This document shows positions 41,433-54,770 of a stretch of 64,000 nucleotides of DNA, piece after piece. Numbering within the stretch: position 1 is the stretch's first letter; each line of letters opens with the position of its first letter. The notes beneath the pieces are model-generated. The model saw only the letters and a list, made by a program, of their open reading frames with translations. It did no database searches and was not told where the DNA came from. The stretch is taken from assembly GCF_009914755.1 (NCBI RefSeq), contig NC_060934.1. One strand, written 5' to 3'. The DNA comes from the human T2T-CHM13v2.0 reference genome, Homo sapiens. A program made the position numbers and the translations under genes.

Positions 41433-41486
<54 letters not shown>
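41433..41486 (+). repeat. Pure poly(A)54
   Basis: Counted directly; no Alu or L1 body immediately upstream. Confidence 0.97.
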
Positions 41487-41489
<3 letters not shown>

Positions 41490-43369
41490 GCTTGCTATTC
41501 TGTCAGTTCTTTGTTATAAAAATTATTAGAACACAATTAATAGGAGTGGGACAGAAAAGGATACAGAGCCATTGAAAGAAGATTTGGAGAATCACCAGAG
41601 TTAACCTGCAGATCACCATTGGGTCCATCCAATTACTGTACGAATGAAGATGTCAGAAAACACACACATCGCTGAGTACATCTCAGAGACCCTTGTTCCT
41701 AGGGAAGTGCAGGAATTATGAAATGCACAAAAAAAATCTGAATAGTTTGAAGAAAATTGGAAAATATTTAAAGAAGAGAAGAGGAAAAGAAGGAAGGATA
41801 GAAATGGATGAACATATGTTTGTAAAGGAAAGTGACTTTTGAAAGACAGAAGGTCATACAGGAAAGATGTATTTGAAAGAGAAGTTGTAAAATCCCTTTG
41901 GCTACAGGGGGAAGTCAGGGAAATTGTAAGTATAATAACTTGTCTGAACATGTTTTCATTTTAAGGAGTCGGCTTCATTTTTAGATAAGGTTGTATTTTA
42001 TTATCTTCAATCTGGGAGTGACCAGAGATTTTACTAAATTAAGAAAGACGGTGGCCCACATGAAAATTCACATTATCTTTAACCATATGTCTGTGGCTTT
42101 CTGAATTAAGAATATGCAATAACTCATAAACTAGACCAGCTCTAACTCTGATTGTTACCCTATATGATCTCACCTTTCTATTTTTAAAACTTCCTTATTA
42201 TCCAAGTAGTTTGCTGGCACTCTCCGGTGACTTTTCCTTTTGGATTAAATATATCCTAAGGAGATCAGTCAGAAGCCAGTCTTTTAACTCCATAAGCTGA
42301 TTTTATCGAAAAGCTCGTCATGCCCTGATCTCTGAATCATTGTTCTCAGCTGGAACTCCGGGATATGTGGGTTGTGCTTTTCACGTGGCCAAGGCATGTC
42401 ATCCGCACGGGAAGGAGCAGGGGAGTGGATCCCCTGGGACACACTCTTCAACGTTGTCCATGGACTTCACCTGCTTTAAGCCTTTGGGGATCGTTCAGCT
42501 GCGTTTCACAATGTGCATTTTTAGATGTTCATAATTAAATCTCTTTCTAATGCAACTCCATAAGAAAATAAATCCATGTCCACAATATGAGAAGAGATGG
42601 GTGTTCTTGGGGGAGGTGGGAGGATCCAATTCTAACCGCGTGCAGCTGCGTCGAGGACATGATTTCAGTGGGCAGGTCAGTGGGGAATAAATTTTCTCCA
42701 TGGTTATGGAGAACAGCACATTCTGCTTCTGTGCTATGAATCAGGAGAAACAAGGATGTCCAAATGTCCTTTAAATGGTTTACTAAAGATAAGAATCATA
42801 TACCAAAATAGTATCAGATTTATTTGGACAAAAGATACAAAGAGTTGTACATTCTAAACAATGCAAAATCTAATTGTTTTATGCATGGGGATATTTAGCT
42901 CATTGAAAATTTTGCAGTAAGCCACTGTAGCCTGAACTTGGCATTATGCTGAGTCAAAAGCTACACCAGGCATCTATGAACTGATAAGACTATATAAATA
43001 TGCAAAAATCCAATAAGCAGTTGCAGTATAGATTCCTTAATGGATACCAAAAGATGTGCGGATTTCAGAACAGGGCCTGAGGTTCCATTTGGACTAGGGT
43101 AACGGTTTGTTTCAAGGAGAGTAATGTTTGATATTTAGTGACTAGTTACTCTGCCATGCGGAACAGTATACATCATTTCTCTCATAATTTGGCATTTCCA
43201 GAAGATTTGCTATGTAACATTTATTGGCTGCTCAGTATTGTAACATTTCTGAATTGCATTGTACCTAGAGACCTCAGCTATCCTTCCCTTTTATAAGGAA
43301 ATAATTGTATGTATCACAATTAATAGCAAGACTGACAAGCCATTTTTGCATAGCATTTACTATTTTCCA

Positions 43370-43580
43370 GCACATTTACTAATATTTGGAAATATTAGTT
43401 TATTCTGACCGTAAGACAGCCTTGTGAAGTAGGTATTTCCATTACTCTCATTTTATAAATGGAGAAAGGGGAAGCATCAAGAGATGAATTCACTTGTGAG
43501 ATGGGAGGTGGCCTGAGCAGGAATACGGACAGGGAGCTCAGATCCGAGGCCGGAGCTTCAATCAACGCAAGCCACTCCCT
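43370..43580 (-). mobile_element. MIR SINE
   Basis: ACAGCCTTGTGAAGTAGGTATTTCCATTACTCTCATTTTATAAATGGAGAAA. Confidence 0.65.
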
Positions 43581-45698
43581 CTCCCCAGGTCACTACCTGT
43601 GTCCAAAGATACTGAAGAGCTGCCCAAGGTCTAGTAGCTTTTTTTAAAGCAAAGACGAGAAAAGCTACCATCTCTGCCTCAGACCTACTTGCATTGTTTC
43701 TAAAGTGCTACTAATTAAAGTCCTACCCCCAATTCTGAAAAACCTATTGCTGAGTAGCTGAATATTTCTCAACCCAATCCCCAGTGTTTATTTACATATT
43801 TATTAGACATTGTGTTGGTAATTTTCCTGCTTCAATTTCTTTTGTTGACACTTCTGTTTCCTAAAGGAACACTGGGTTATCCCAGAGCCTCAGAGAAAGG
43901 AAGTCCATCTCAGATTCTCACTAACTCTTCCTTCCTTTCCCATCCCTTTTCTTGGCGGTACAGAGGGAAGCTTGGCCACTTTTTCTATGTCCTGTGGGTC
44001 AAATTTTTGTTTTGCAAAGGTTTTCAAAGTATCTTTTCAGAAAAGACAGCATTTTACAAGTCCCATATCTATTCAGAAAACCCACTTCCACTTTAATCAC
44101 TTCCTATAAAAATTGTAATGACCACACATCAGTGGAGCTATAGGAGAGTTATTAAAACAGTTGCCAAGAGTCATCCCCAAGGCCCTTTCTACTTCCTGAG
44201 AGCCATTGATGGTAACGGATGAGAGTAATTTAACACATCTCTCGGTGTTAGCTGGCTCAGTTGGAAGCAGTCCACTTGGCATGCGATCGCATCTTGAATC
44301 ACACTTGGTAGGAAAACACGCAGAGCCAGCTCAGCGTCAGCCCATGTCTTAGTACGTCAGCTGCAGGGGGTCAGACGTGTAAGGGACATAACAGGTGAGC
44401 AATCCTCACCGTGCTGTGAACCCCATTGCGTAAATACCCGTTCGAGCTGATGCGGTGATTAGGTAAGTAAAACAGGACTCAATAGGTGTTATTCAACTTG
44501 TGTCGCTTAATTTCTACAACTAAAAGTAATGGACTAGTTGAAGACACACTAGTTCTTTGGGTCTTATATGAAAAGCATTGTTTTTTACTTTTACTGTTAT
44601 GGCATGTTGATGGTGTGAGGGCTTAAGGAGTGGAAAGGAACACGGAATCAGAACGTTAACTCTCACAAGGCTGTCAGGCTCTGTGTAATCAACCTTTGTG
44701 ATCATAGAGGCAGATTAAGGTAACGACTTCCGGCAGAGGATCTTAGAGGTATTATATTTTTCCTCCAAGGGTTTACAATTCTGTGGGGGAACATATTTCC
44801 ACAAATGTGGAAATGAGCCTTCCATGGTGCCAGTCTACAATGGCGGTTCAGCTGTTCCATCATGGCAAGTCTAAAGAGTGTCAATCACACCCCATGGGTC
44901 TGTAGACACAGCCCAGGACAACTTGACATTTGAAAAAAAAAAAAGAACAAAATAAAACCTTAAGTTCTTATGTTTAATTTACTTGACTAGTAATACGCCT
45001 ATTTTCTGTCATTATCTGTAGAGGAACATCCCACACTTACTTAACATCCCTCAGTTTCCATCTCAGAGGGAACAACTCTGATTGGTTTTTACCTGTAATT
45101 CTGGGGATGTTTTATGTATATCTATGTGTGTGTACGTGTATGTGTGTGTGTGTGTGTCTTTCTCTTTAAACATTTGGTCAGATACTAGACACATTTATGA
45201 CACCTTGTATTTTGTTTTGCTTTACGTGGTAATGAACCTTGGTTATCATTTCCTATTATGATGTCCTGAGCTGCCTGATCATGGTCAGGCTGCCCTGCAT
45301 GAGATTTGGGTCATATGCATTTAAGGCTGCCCTGCATGAGATTTCCTAGCTGTGCCATAATTCATCGTCCAGCATGCCAGCGACGGGCACAAATGTCTCC
45401 GTTTTATTTTTACCCCGACAACATAGCATGTCCGATATAGCATAGAACTGTCCATACCTCTCTAGGTATTGTGAGAGTCTTTAAGCCTCATAGATTTCCA
45501 GAAGGGGCAGGTGGGGTGTGCAAGTCCAGTTACAAACATCCTAACTGAGCTCCAAGCCTCGTTCCCGTGTATGCTCCAGGGGGGTCGAGAACGCCTCTTT
45601 CCTCCTCCCCGACATTGCATGCGGCTTCCTGGGGCTGTCCTGCAAGACTACCCCTCTGCCTGGTCTGACCTCCTATCTCCCAGAAACCGTTGCATACC

Positions 45699-45822
45699 CT
45701 TCCATTTCCAACATCCTGTCTTTGTGAAGCAGGATTTTCTGCAGCGACAGCCACCAAAATGAGATTATGGAGTAGACTGGGCATAAGCAACATTCTTCTG
45801 CTGTCACTGTCTCCTGTCACCA
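45699..45822 (+). mobile_element. hAT-Charlie (Charlie3/MER1-like) transposase C-terminal fragment
   Basis: Translates LPFPTSCLCEAGFSAATATKMRLWSRLGISNILLLSLSPVT, the hAT dimerisation motif LPFxTxYLCExGFS...K.R.RL. Confidence 0.85.
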
Positions 45823-45989
45823 GCCCCAGCCTCCCACTCTCCTCTTTCCTGGCCAGTTATTACAAGATAATGTCTAACACCCAACACACATCTGCCATCT
45901 GACTGCACCTGCGTCTGTCTCTGCCTGACTTTGTGAGGCCTGGGACAATCGGTGTCCTAAGAAACCCAGCTCCTCTGGGTGTGCTAGAG

Positions 45990-46400
45990 CCTGTGTTGCC
46001 TCACCTGCTCAATGATGTGCCCAGGACTTATCCCATCATTTCTCCCTTGTCACTCCCACATTCTCCTCTGTACACACATGCTGTAATTTTGACCATTTTA
46101 CAATGGAAACGTCTTGTCCTCACATTACCTTCCAGCACTGCCATGGCTTTTGTCCTTCTTAACAGCAAAACTCCTTGAAAGACTTTGTGCCATCTTCCCA
46201 TCTCTTGTTTCACTTCTCCATTTTCCTCTTGAAACTGTTCCGGCCAGGCACCTCTTTTCCCTGGAAACTCTTCTGCCCATGTCAAATATGACTCTTACCT
46301 TGCTAAGTTCAGTACTTAGAAAAAAATATGGCCAAGGTGCCCACTCTATAAATATTTTTGAATACATGAGTGCAAGAAATATTCAACGAGTGCATTTGTT
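45990..46400 (+). mobile_element. L2 LINE fragments
   Basis: ACAGCAAAACTCCTTGAAAGA, CTTGCTAAGTTCA and a 3'-end-like ATAAATATTTTTGAAT. Confidence 0.6.
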
Positions 46401-46932
46401 AGTCACATGAATTGTTCAAGCACTTTGTTCGGTTGGTTTCCTCCGATGGCTCCATTCCTTAAGGCCCACGAAGTCACGGAAGTTCCTTCTGCACATCGCA
46501 CAGTGTCATACACACAGATTGCATTTGAGCAGGTGGTCTCGTTGACTGAGCTAGTCGTGTGGACCTGTCGCAACCTGGTATTACCTCATCCACCCTGCCC
46601 CCTGGGTGACTGCATTTGTCCTCTGAGCCAGGGGTCTTGAAGGGAGGCACACCTGTCTCATATAACAAGTGGCCAGGACGTGTATTTGGCAGAGCAAGAG
46701 GTTTAGAGGGTATTTGCTGCATAAGACCCTCCTCCTCTCCACTATAAAAGGAAACTGGTGGGAAAAGTAAAGTCCTTTCCTTCCACATGGGATTCTAGCT
46801 CCATGGTAAAACACATTTTATGTATAGGAAACTTTGCAAGAATTTTGCTTATAATCACGGAGACATGGCTGTGCGGTGGTTTTAGCTGGCATTTCTGCAT
46901 GGAGACGTGGTATGGTGTTAATGGTCGAGGAA

Positions 46933-47119
46933 CTGCATGGTCCATTGTGATGTGCACATTACTCCGACAATCAGCAGAGGCAGGTATAGGAGTCTGCATG
47001 GTCCATTGTGATGTGCACATTACTCCGACAATCAGCAGAGGCAGGTATAGGCGTCTGCATGGTCCATTGTGATGTGCACATTACTCCGACAATCAGCAGA
47101 GGCAGGTATAGGCGTCTGC
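46933..47119. repeat. Minisatellite, 61 bp x 3, near perfect
   Basis: CTGCATGGTCCATTGTGATGTGCACATTACTCCGACAATCAGCAGAGGCAGGTATAGGMGT at 46933, 46994, 47055. Confidence 0.98.
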
Positions 47120-47839
47120 TTGGCATTTGCAGGAAAAGTAGCCCACTGGCTGAAACAGTGTTCAGCAGCAGAGGATCTGGTTATGGTTCCCCACTCCCCC
47201 AACAGTTTATCATGATGTCAGTTTTGGAGCCGGTGAGACCAGGTTGAATCCAAGGACGTGGATGTGTGGACCTGGTTCTTCTGCTTTCTTGTGGCATACA
47301 TGGCTCTTCTTCTGTTACATGGGGACAAAATTACATGCTGCTCCAGGCAGTTAAATGAGAAAAAAATGCCTGGCCAAGAACCTAACATTGGGGATGATCA
47401 ATACCTGTCAGTTTTCTGTTTGAGTCTTGGTTTCCTCACCTGTAAATAGAGATGTTCTGCATATTTACCAGTGCATCACAAAGCTTCCACTTTTTGTATT
47501 GCGTCTTGGGACACGAGAAGACTCTGGTGATGCTCCTAGTGATGCTCGCTACCTTCTGCCTGGATGCAGCTTAGCCAGGTTTGAATGTTCATTGCATACC
47601 CTTTTTATCGGTTATTACTGCAGCCCACATATAGGTTTGCTAATTGCTCTTTCAGAGAACTCTGAACCCTTTCTTCTCCAGCCTCGTACAGCCACTTCAC
47701 CCCTGTCCTGCAGACCTCCACCACCAACCTCTGCAAAGTCTTCCCTCTCTTGCCTGCCTGTTGGAATCAAGGCCAGTGTCAATTGTTCTGGGTTTTCATT
47801 TTCACAGCACCCATTGAAAATACCAAATTATTTTCCACT

Positions 47840-48350
47840 TATCTATTGTTACCCACAAGCCACTCCAAAACCCAGTGGTTTAAAACAGCTGTTTATTGTT
47901 ACCACCAGTGGTTCTTTGGGTGGACTGGGCTCAGCAGGGTGGTTTTTGCTGAGGGCTCCGGTGGTTGCAGTCAGATGGCAGCTGGAGGTGGAGCAACCTG
48001 ATGTCGTGGTTTTGCATCCACGACAGCTTCTCTCAGACAAGTGATCCTAGCCATTACTCAAAGCACAGCCTCCTGGAAGAGCTTGTTCTTCTCACACCAT
48101 GGCTTCTGGCTTCCAAAAGGAATTATTCCTAGACCAATCTTTCCAAGAGGGAGGGGCTTCTAGAAGGTTAGTGGCAAAGTTACTTCTACCATCTTCTAAG
48201 TCACCAAATCAGTGTAGGACTCCCACAGGCTAAAGGAGATTAAAAAAAATGAACTCTAAATCTTGATGGATGTCTAGAAAGATCATATTACACATGAGAA
48301 TGTGGGTTAGAAAATGAGTTTCATTGTATGTGTAGAGTACAGTCTGCTGT
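47840..48350 (-). mobile_element. Old MLT1 (H/J/K-like) MaLR LTR
   Basis: CACTCCAAAACCCAGTGGTTTAAAACA...GACTGGGCTCAGCAGGGTGGTTTTTGCTG...GCAGTCAGATGGCAGCTGG. Confidence 0.75.
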
Positions 48351-49843
48351 GGGGGAAGAATAATGGCAGATACATGCTGATTTGTTGCTGTGAGGATTCT
48401 GTGCCCAGGACTTGGGCTCAGTGAGTCCTCAGGAATTATCAGCTACTATTGATGCTATTGCCTACCTTTGCCTCATTTTGGAACTGAGTATTATGAATGC
48501 TTTTGGACCCTAGAAGAGAGCTGTAGCTGTTAGTGACTTCGGCTTTAAGACCACTGCCCCTCAGCCCTAAACCGTACACAGGTAGGCTCTTCATAAACCC
48601 AAACAACATTTATTGAGTAATGATAAGAAAACCATAAAGCCTCCATTCCAGTTAGGAAAACATTATAAAAATGAACATCAGTGATTTCTCATAAGGAAAA
48701 TTGCTATGAAGAAAAATCTAACAGGGAACTGGAGATTAAGAGGCTAGGTGGTCAGCAAGGACTTTCATGAGAATGCACCTCTGAGGTCAGCTCAAGGTGA
48801 CTAGATGAGAGGAAAAGGCGGCCAGGTGTAAGATCTAAGAACAAGATCTCATAAAAGTTCTGGGGATGAGATTCAGGCAGCAGAAAACAGAAACAAAAAA
48901 TATTCATTACAGTATGGGAAAGAACAAAATATTCTCCAATAGGGAACAAAAATAAAACCCTGTTTATATAGTAGAATGTTCTGTGGTTACAAAGAAAAAA
49001 AACACAAAAAGAAAAAGAAAAATGTGCCAACAGAAAACCTTGCAGTGATGTAATAGTGCATACAGTGTGAATAAATTTAGTAAAAAATTGCTCTCTGTCA
49101 CACACACAACATATGCACAGGATTGTGCTTTTATATGTTTTCTATATTTATTTTTTAAATAAGTTTTTTTTTTGTAGACTATCACGTAAAATCAGTGGGT
49201 CAGTCAATTGTTACTTTTAAAAAAAAATCATCCTTTTCCATGTTTCTTGCCCACTGCCCAGTACTGAGAAGATAATTGGCATCTGGTTTAAGAAACATGT
49301 GGAGCCACTAAGAGGTGAATTGTCCAGCTGGTGGACCTTTGTCTGGACATTAGAATAAGGTCTGATGTCCCATATTTGCTGTATTTGTCTTTATCTTGGA
49401 GGTTAATGTAAACAATGTATGCAAGTATTAATGAGGTTATTTCCAGTACATATGCTACTGAAAGGTATGCTGCTTTAGTGTGCTAACCATGTGACTAGTT
49501 CTAGGTAAAGCAATGGAAAAGGTAGCAACAGAGACATGCAATTTAAAATGTCCCATATTACAAAGCATGACAAATCAGAGTGAATGCTTTCTATGTGGAG
49601 ATATATTTTATAATTACATGGTTAAACTAAATGTAGAACTGATGATGTGCACAAATGTTTAGCTAAAAAAAAGATACATCTAAAATAAGTCAGATAAAAT
49701 GTGAACTTTTACATCAGCGTGAAACCTTCATCACTTTGCTTTCCTGTGGATTTTCTTAGATCCTCCACAAACTGTTTTTTTTTTTTTTTTATGAAAAGGG
49801 GTCATGATGAAGAATAATCCAGGCATTGCAGTAGGATAGTAGG

Positions 49844-50182
49844 CTTATGAGTTTGTTCTCACACTGCTGTAAATGTACTCTCTGAGTAATTTATAAAGAA
49901 GGGAGGTTTAACTGACTCACAGTTCCACATGTCTGGGAGGCCTCAGGAAACTTCCAATCATGGTGGAAGGCAAAGGGAAAGCAAGGCATGTCTTCTATGG
50001 TGGAAGAGAGAGTGCCACACTTTAAAACCATTAGTTCTCCTGAGAACTCACTCACTATCATAAGAATAGCATCAGGGAAACTGTGCCATAATCTAATCAC
50101 CTCCCTCCAGGTGCCTCCGAGGCATAGGGGGATTACAATTTGAGATGAGTTTTGGGTGGAAACACAGAGCCAAGTCGTTTCA
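49844..50182 (-). mobile_element. THE1D/MSTA-like MaLR solo LTR with 5 bp TSD
   Basis: GGTTTAACTGACTCACAGTTCCACATG...GAGGCCTCAGGAAACTT...GATTACAATTTGAGATGAG; GTAGG at 49839-49843 and 50183-50187. Confidence 0.92.
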
Positions 50183-50375
50183 GTAGGTAATGTTAACTCT
50201 GTAGCATAAGATGATGGGGAAGAAATGATGTTTGATATATTTAATGGCTAAGTATTATAAAATGACTATACGTAGCTTGGAAAATACAGAAACAGTCAAA
50301 AAAGAAATTCCAGATAGTCTGCCTCACAAAACCTAGAGGCAAGTGTTGCTGGGGACAGAGTACTTACTCCAGTTG

Positions 50376-50543
50376 TTTATTTATTTTTTCTTTTCTGAGA
50401 CAGGGCCTCAGTGGGTTACCCAGGCTGCAGTGCAGTGGTGCAACCACGGCTCAGTGCAGCCTCCATCTCCCAGGCTCAAGCAATCCTCTCACCTCAGCAT
50501 CCCACGTAGCTGAGGTTACAGGCAGGGGACACCATTCCCGGCC
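50376..50543 (-). mobile_element. Alu monomer (FRAM/FAM-like), antisense
   Basis: TGAGACAGGG...CCAGGCTGCAGTGCAGTGG...CATTCCCGGCC; single arm. Confidence 0.85.
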
Positions 50544-52024
50544 TCCCCAGCTATTATAATACATTGGCTCCTCCAGTTGCACAATTGCCTTCATAATGAG
50601 TGATGTGTAATGAGCATCGCTAAACCCACCAAATAATCTTCCACAACTTTACCAATGGAGAAGCATCCCCTTTTCTGTTTATGTCATGATTCATTCATTA
50701 TCTTCCTTCTCTGGGACTTGTAGGCAACTGCTTTAAATGGAGTTGGTGAAAGGACCACGTTTGGGTTGTTGGCCAGTGTGTTTGCATTGGTCATTGTGAT
50801 TCTGTGCAGCTCTCCGAGTTGGCCCTATTTCCATACACAGATGCAGGAAGGAAATCGGCCACAGAACAACAAAACGAAGAAGAATTCTTTGTAATCTTTT
50901 GAGATTCAGAGTTGCATTTTGAAGTTCTCAGGAGAGCTGTAGATAAAAAGGACCATTGAGTCTCAAAACCTCAAAATCTTATTTTTTTAATTGTCACTAT
51001 CACAGTTTTTGTCATAAACAAACAAACAAACAAAAAAACACAAAAATTTGGGCCAAATGCCTGATATAGCTGACCATCAGTTTTTTCCATCCTAGGGCTA
51101 AATTAATTAGGAGTTGATTAGAAAAAAGAAATAAATTTTAGAGGAAAATGTAGTATGCCTGAGGAAAAGTGAGTTGGGATGGTAATTCCAAACTAGGAAA
51201 ACCACAAATTGATTCAGACATTTCTGAATTAATTAAGATTAAAATCTGCAAGATCAGGGGAATGGGAGTTAATGTACACATTACATTCAGTATAAAAATT
51301 ATGTTTTGCATACTTGAGTTTGTAACTTGAAAGACTCATATGCGTTTAAAAATCATTTCACATCTCTGTAGTTACTACATTACAATAATAAGTTCTTAGT
51401 TCTTAATGGTCAAATAATCTAATTAAGTGCACAAATATTTGAATAGAGAATCACACACATGTATATAACAAATTCAGTCTACTCAAAGATGTGTAAGCAG
51501 AGATACACATACACTCACACACACATGCACACGTGTGCACACACACACTCCTTGCAGTGGAGTTAATACTCTAATTTCTAGTTTATTTTTCACTGCCCAT
51601 ATTTTACTATAAACAGGATGAAATCAGAGACTCGATTTCTCTTGCTGAATTTGAAGCCTATTGTCAAACCAGTGATTGGCAAACAATAGGTATTCACTAA
51701 ATGCTATACATTAATAAATCAATTAATCGATTATTATTATATATCTTTATCTATTATGAAGAACAAACCATTTCTTCATGCCAGTTTCTGGATGTGATTG
51801 GGTAGGCAAACAAGAATTATAGTAAAATAAAATACAAATTATTTTATGAATCAGGTAGATCATGGTGGTTTTTTTTTAATCAAAAAATAATATCCTAATA
51901 TATCCTACAATTTAGGGGTCAAATTAGTTGCATTTCACTTTTTGTACATATTAATCTAATAATATTCCTAATTCAATGTATTAACGTATTATACATGTAT
52001 TAATGCCATTTTTATGCTTCATGA

Positions 52025-52332
<308 letters not shown>

Positions 52333-54274
52333 AACGCTTGATCATCTTTGAAGGTAGTTAAATTTCATGAGCAGGGGTTGGTTGGCTTCCTGAGGCTGCA
52401 GTTCCTCTGCCATCTTTCTGGAGTCTCCTAAGTGTGTGTTATGCTAAAATCAGGGCAGGTTCGATGTGCTCACTTCCTCAAGCTTCTTCTTTTGAATGGT
52501 GACTGAATTCAATGGTCGGTTTATTGGTGTATTAAACCATGATATGGAGACAGTATCTGTTCAACTTTTCAGCCATGCTTCAGTTCTTCCCAGCACTCTG
52601 ATGCCTCTTATAAATATAAATGCAGACGAAAAGAGAAGTAAGCTCAGAGTGGAATTTTCTCTCTAGGAAGCAATTCAATCTCCGATCACTTACCCCAGAG
52701 TGAGAAAAACATCTGAAATTTATAGGACGTCTTTTGAAATGACCCTCCCCTCCTCTCCTGCACTGGGTGAGTTTCTAAACATCCTCTTCCCTTTTAAACA
52801 TTTCCGTCTTTATACTGTATGCCCTGTACTGCTCCTTTGTGGAAGGAATATGGCTAAAAGACAGCATGTTTTTCCAGCAGGTTTGCATCAGGTGGGGCTG
52901 TTCTTATCACTGGAAATAAATTGGCCAATCCTATTGGGTGGGATTTGTGTTAATATGAGCCCCACCAGATGGATGAAGCAGATTTGTTTATCCCAAGCAG
53001 AGGACGATTGCTCTTCTCTCTTTTTTAACTGGATTTGGCCTTGTGCTCTTATAAGCCAGAGGGGCACATTAATCCATAATACTCTAATCTCACAGCCCTG
53101 TTTTAAGCCTAGAAAGTCTATGTATTTGTGATTTTGTTTCATTTCAAGTAACAAGATCATGAATAAAAACAACAAGCATAGCCCTTCTGTTCTGGAGGGT
53201 GGCTGACATATCACATCTCTGGGAGACTCCTGGCAGCTGTGCTCTGTCTTTTTGGTGAATTCACAGACTCCTTCCTCAGGACAAATATTTTGGAGCACAG
53301 TTAAATGGATGCATCTGTAATCAATTGCTTGTCATATTAAAGATTTTATTGTTGAAACAAGCCCATCTAATTCTTCATATAAATGTTTCTGTGTGTGTAT
53401 TTGAAATAATCCTGCTGGGTTCGAGTATTATATAAGGAGAGGCTGACATGCATAGAACTATCTATTTCCTGAAGCCATGATTGCATTTTTGTGGGGCTGA
53501 AGAGTACAGGCTGTGCTTCTACAGCAAGTGCACTTATATGAGCTCATAGATATAGTAAGTTTGAGGTAAGGCAGACACTGTGAGGTATAACTGAAATGAT
53601 TTCGCCTGGCCAGCAAGTGAAGATATAATAACTCTCTTTGAGGCTGACACCTATAAAAAGCTGCTGCAATGGGGAAAAAAGAAAAAACAAGCAACAACAA
53701 CAAAAAGCCTGGTACACAAGGGCAGGATCACATGTCTGTCCTGTCTACATGTGTGAGTGTGAGAAATCCCTGAGTGCTATAGGAAAGTTTTCTCCAGCCT
53801 ATTATTTTTAAACTCACATGTCTACTACCACCTTAGTTTTGCTACTTTCACATAAACGTTTGATCACCCACAAGAGTTTGCAGAGTTGGAAAGAGGAACC
53901 CATTAAACTATTAGAAAAAAAATCAACTCTGAAATAAATAGGAGACATAGACATTTGGCTATTTGAGATTAGCTAACTGCATCTTTTTAGGCTTCACTTA
54001 TTAGTCCTCAGCATATTATCCTCAAAATGAGGTGCTTGGGCGGGGCAGCAAGGCCTCTGCATGGCCTTGATGATGCCTCACTCTGGAATTCATGCCCTTC
54101 TGCAACCCCTCCCTTCAAGTCGGATCTGTGCCTGCTCCTGACAAGTATGGCAAAGGTGATAGTTTATTTAAGATTGCAACACATAAAATTGCAGTTTCCA
54201 TGCTGCTAGCAACCCTCTTTACTGCCTTCTCACCTTACATCCTCTTTGGGGATGGCCTCCAGCCAAGAGGCGCT

Positions 54275-54490
54275 AGGAATTAAGGCCCTCAGTTCCCAGC
54301 CTGCAGAAGCTGCATCCTGCCAACAACCAATCTGCTTATCCACAGGTCCATCCCCAGGCAAACCTTCAGATGAGACCTCAGCCCTGGTCTACATCTTACC
54401 ACAGCTGTGAAGAACCCTGGGTCCATCTCAGCTGTGCCTGGATTTCTGACCCACACAAATTCCAGCATAATAAATGCATGTTTTTAACTT
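54275..54490 (+). mobile_element. MLT1 (D/E/F-like) LTR 3' fragment
   Basis: AAGGCCCTCAG...CCTGCCAACAACCA...CCTTCAGATGAGAC...TGCCTGGATTTCTGACCCACA...AATAAATG. Confidence 0.75.
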
Positions 54491-54554
54491 TATATTTACA
54501 GGCTGTCCAATCTCTCATTTTTAACTATTCTTTATTTCTAAGGCATACAATCCA

Positions 54555-54770
54555 GAAACACAGGGTCTGGAGCTATGATACTTGCATTTGAATCTTACCT
54601 CCCCCAGTTACTAGCTAGCTTGCCTTGGGTTTATTACTTAATCTGTGTTTTGTCTTAATTTTCTCTTCTTTACGATAGTATAATGTTTGCCTTAGGGTAT
54701 CATTGTGAAGATAAATTGTTGTTAAGATAAATGAGTAAAATGCTCAGAAAAGTTCCTGGCACAATAAAAT
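54555..54770 (+). mobile_element. MIR SINE
   Basis: GGTCTGGAGC...TTTGAATC...TTACTAGC...CTTGGG...ATTGTGAAGAT...CCTGGCACA. Confidence 0.7.

Noticed and set aside
46942-46957. Possible OCT4-SOX2 composite element (CATTGTGATGTGCAC)
   Set aside because: The SOX half is good but the octamer half (ATGTGCAC) is too far from ATGCAAAT; only the SOX site is retained as a hypothesis.
47427-48044. 205 aa ORF on + strand
   Set aside because: No ATG start, no recognisable domain, and the 3' third is an antisense MLT1 LTR.
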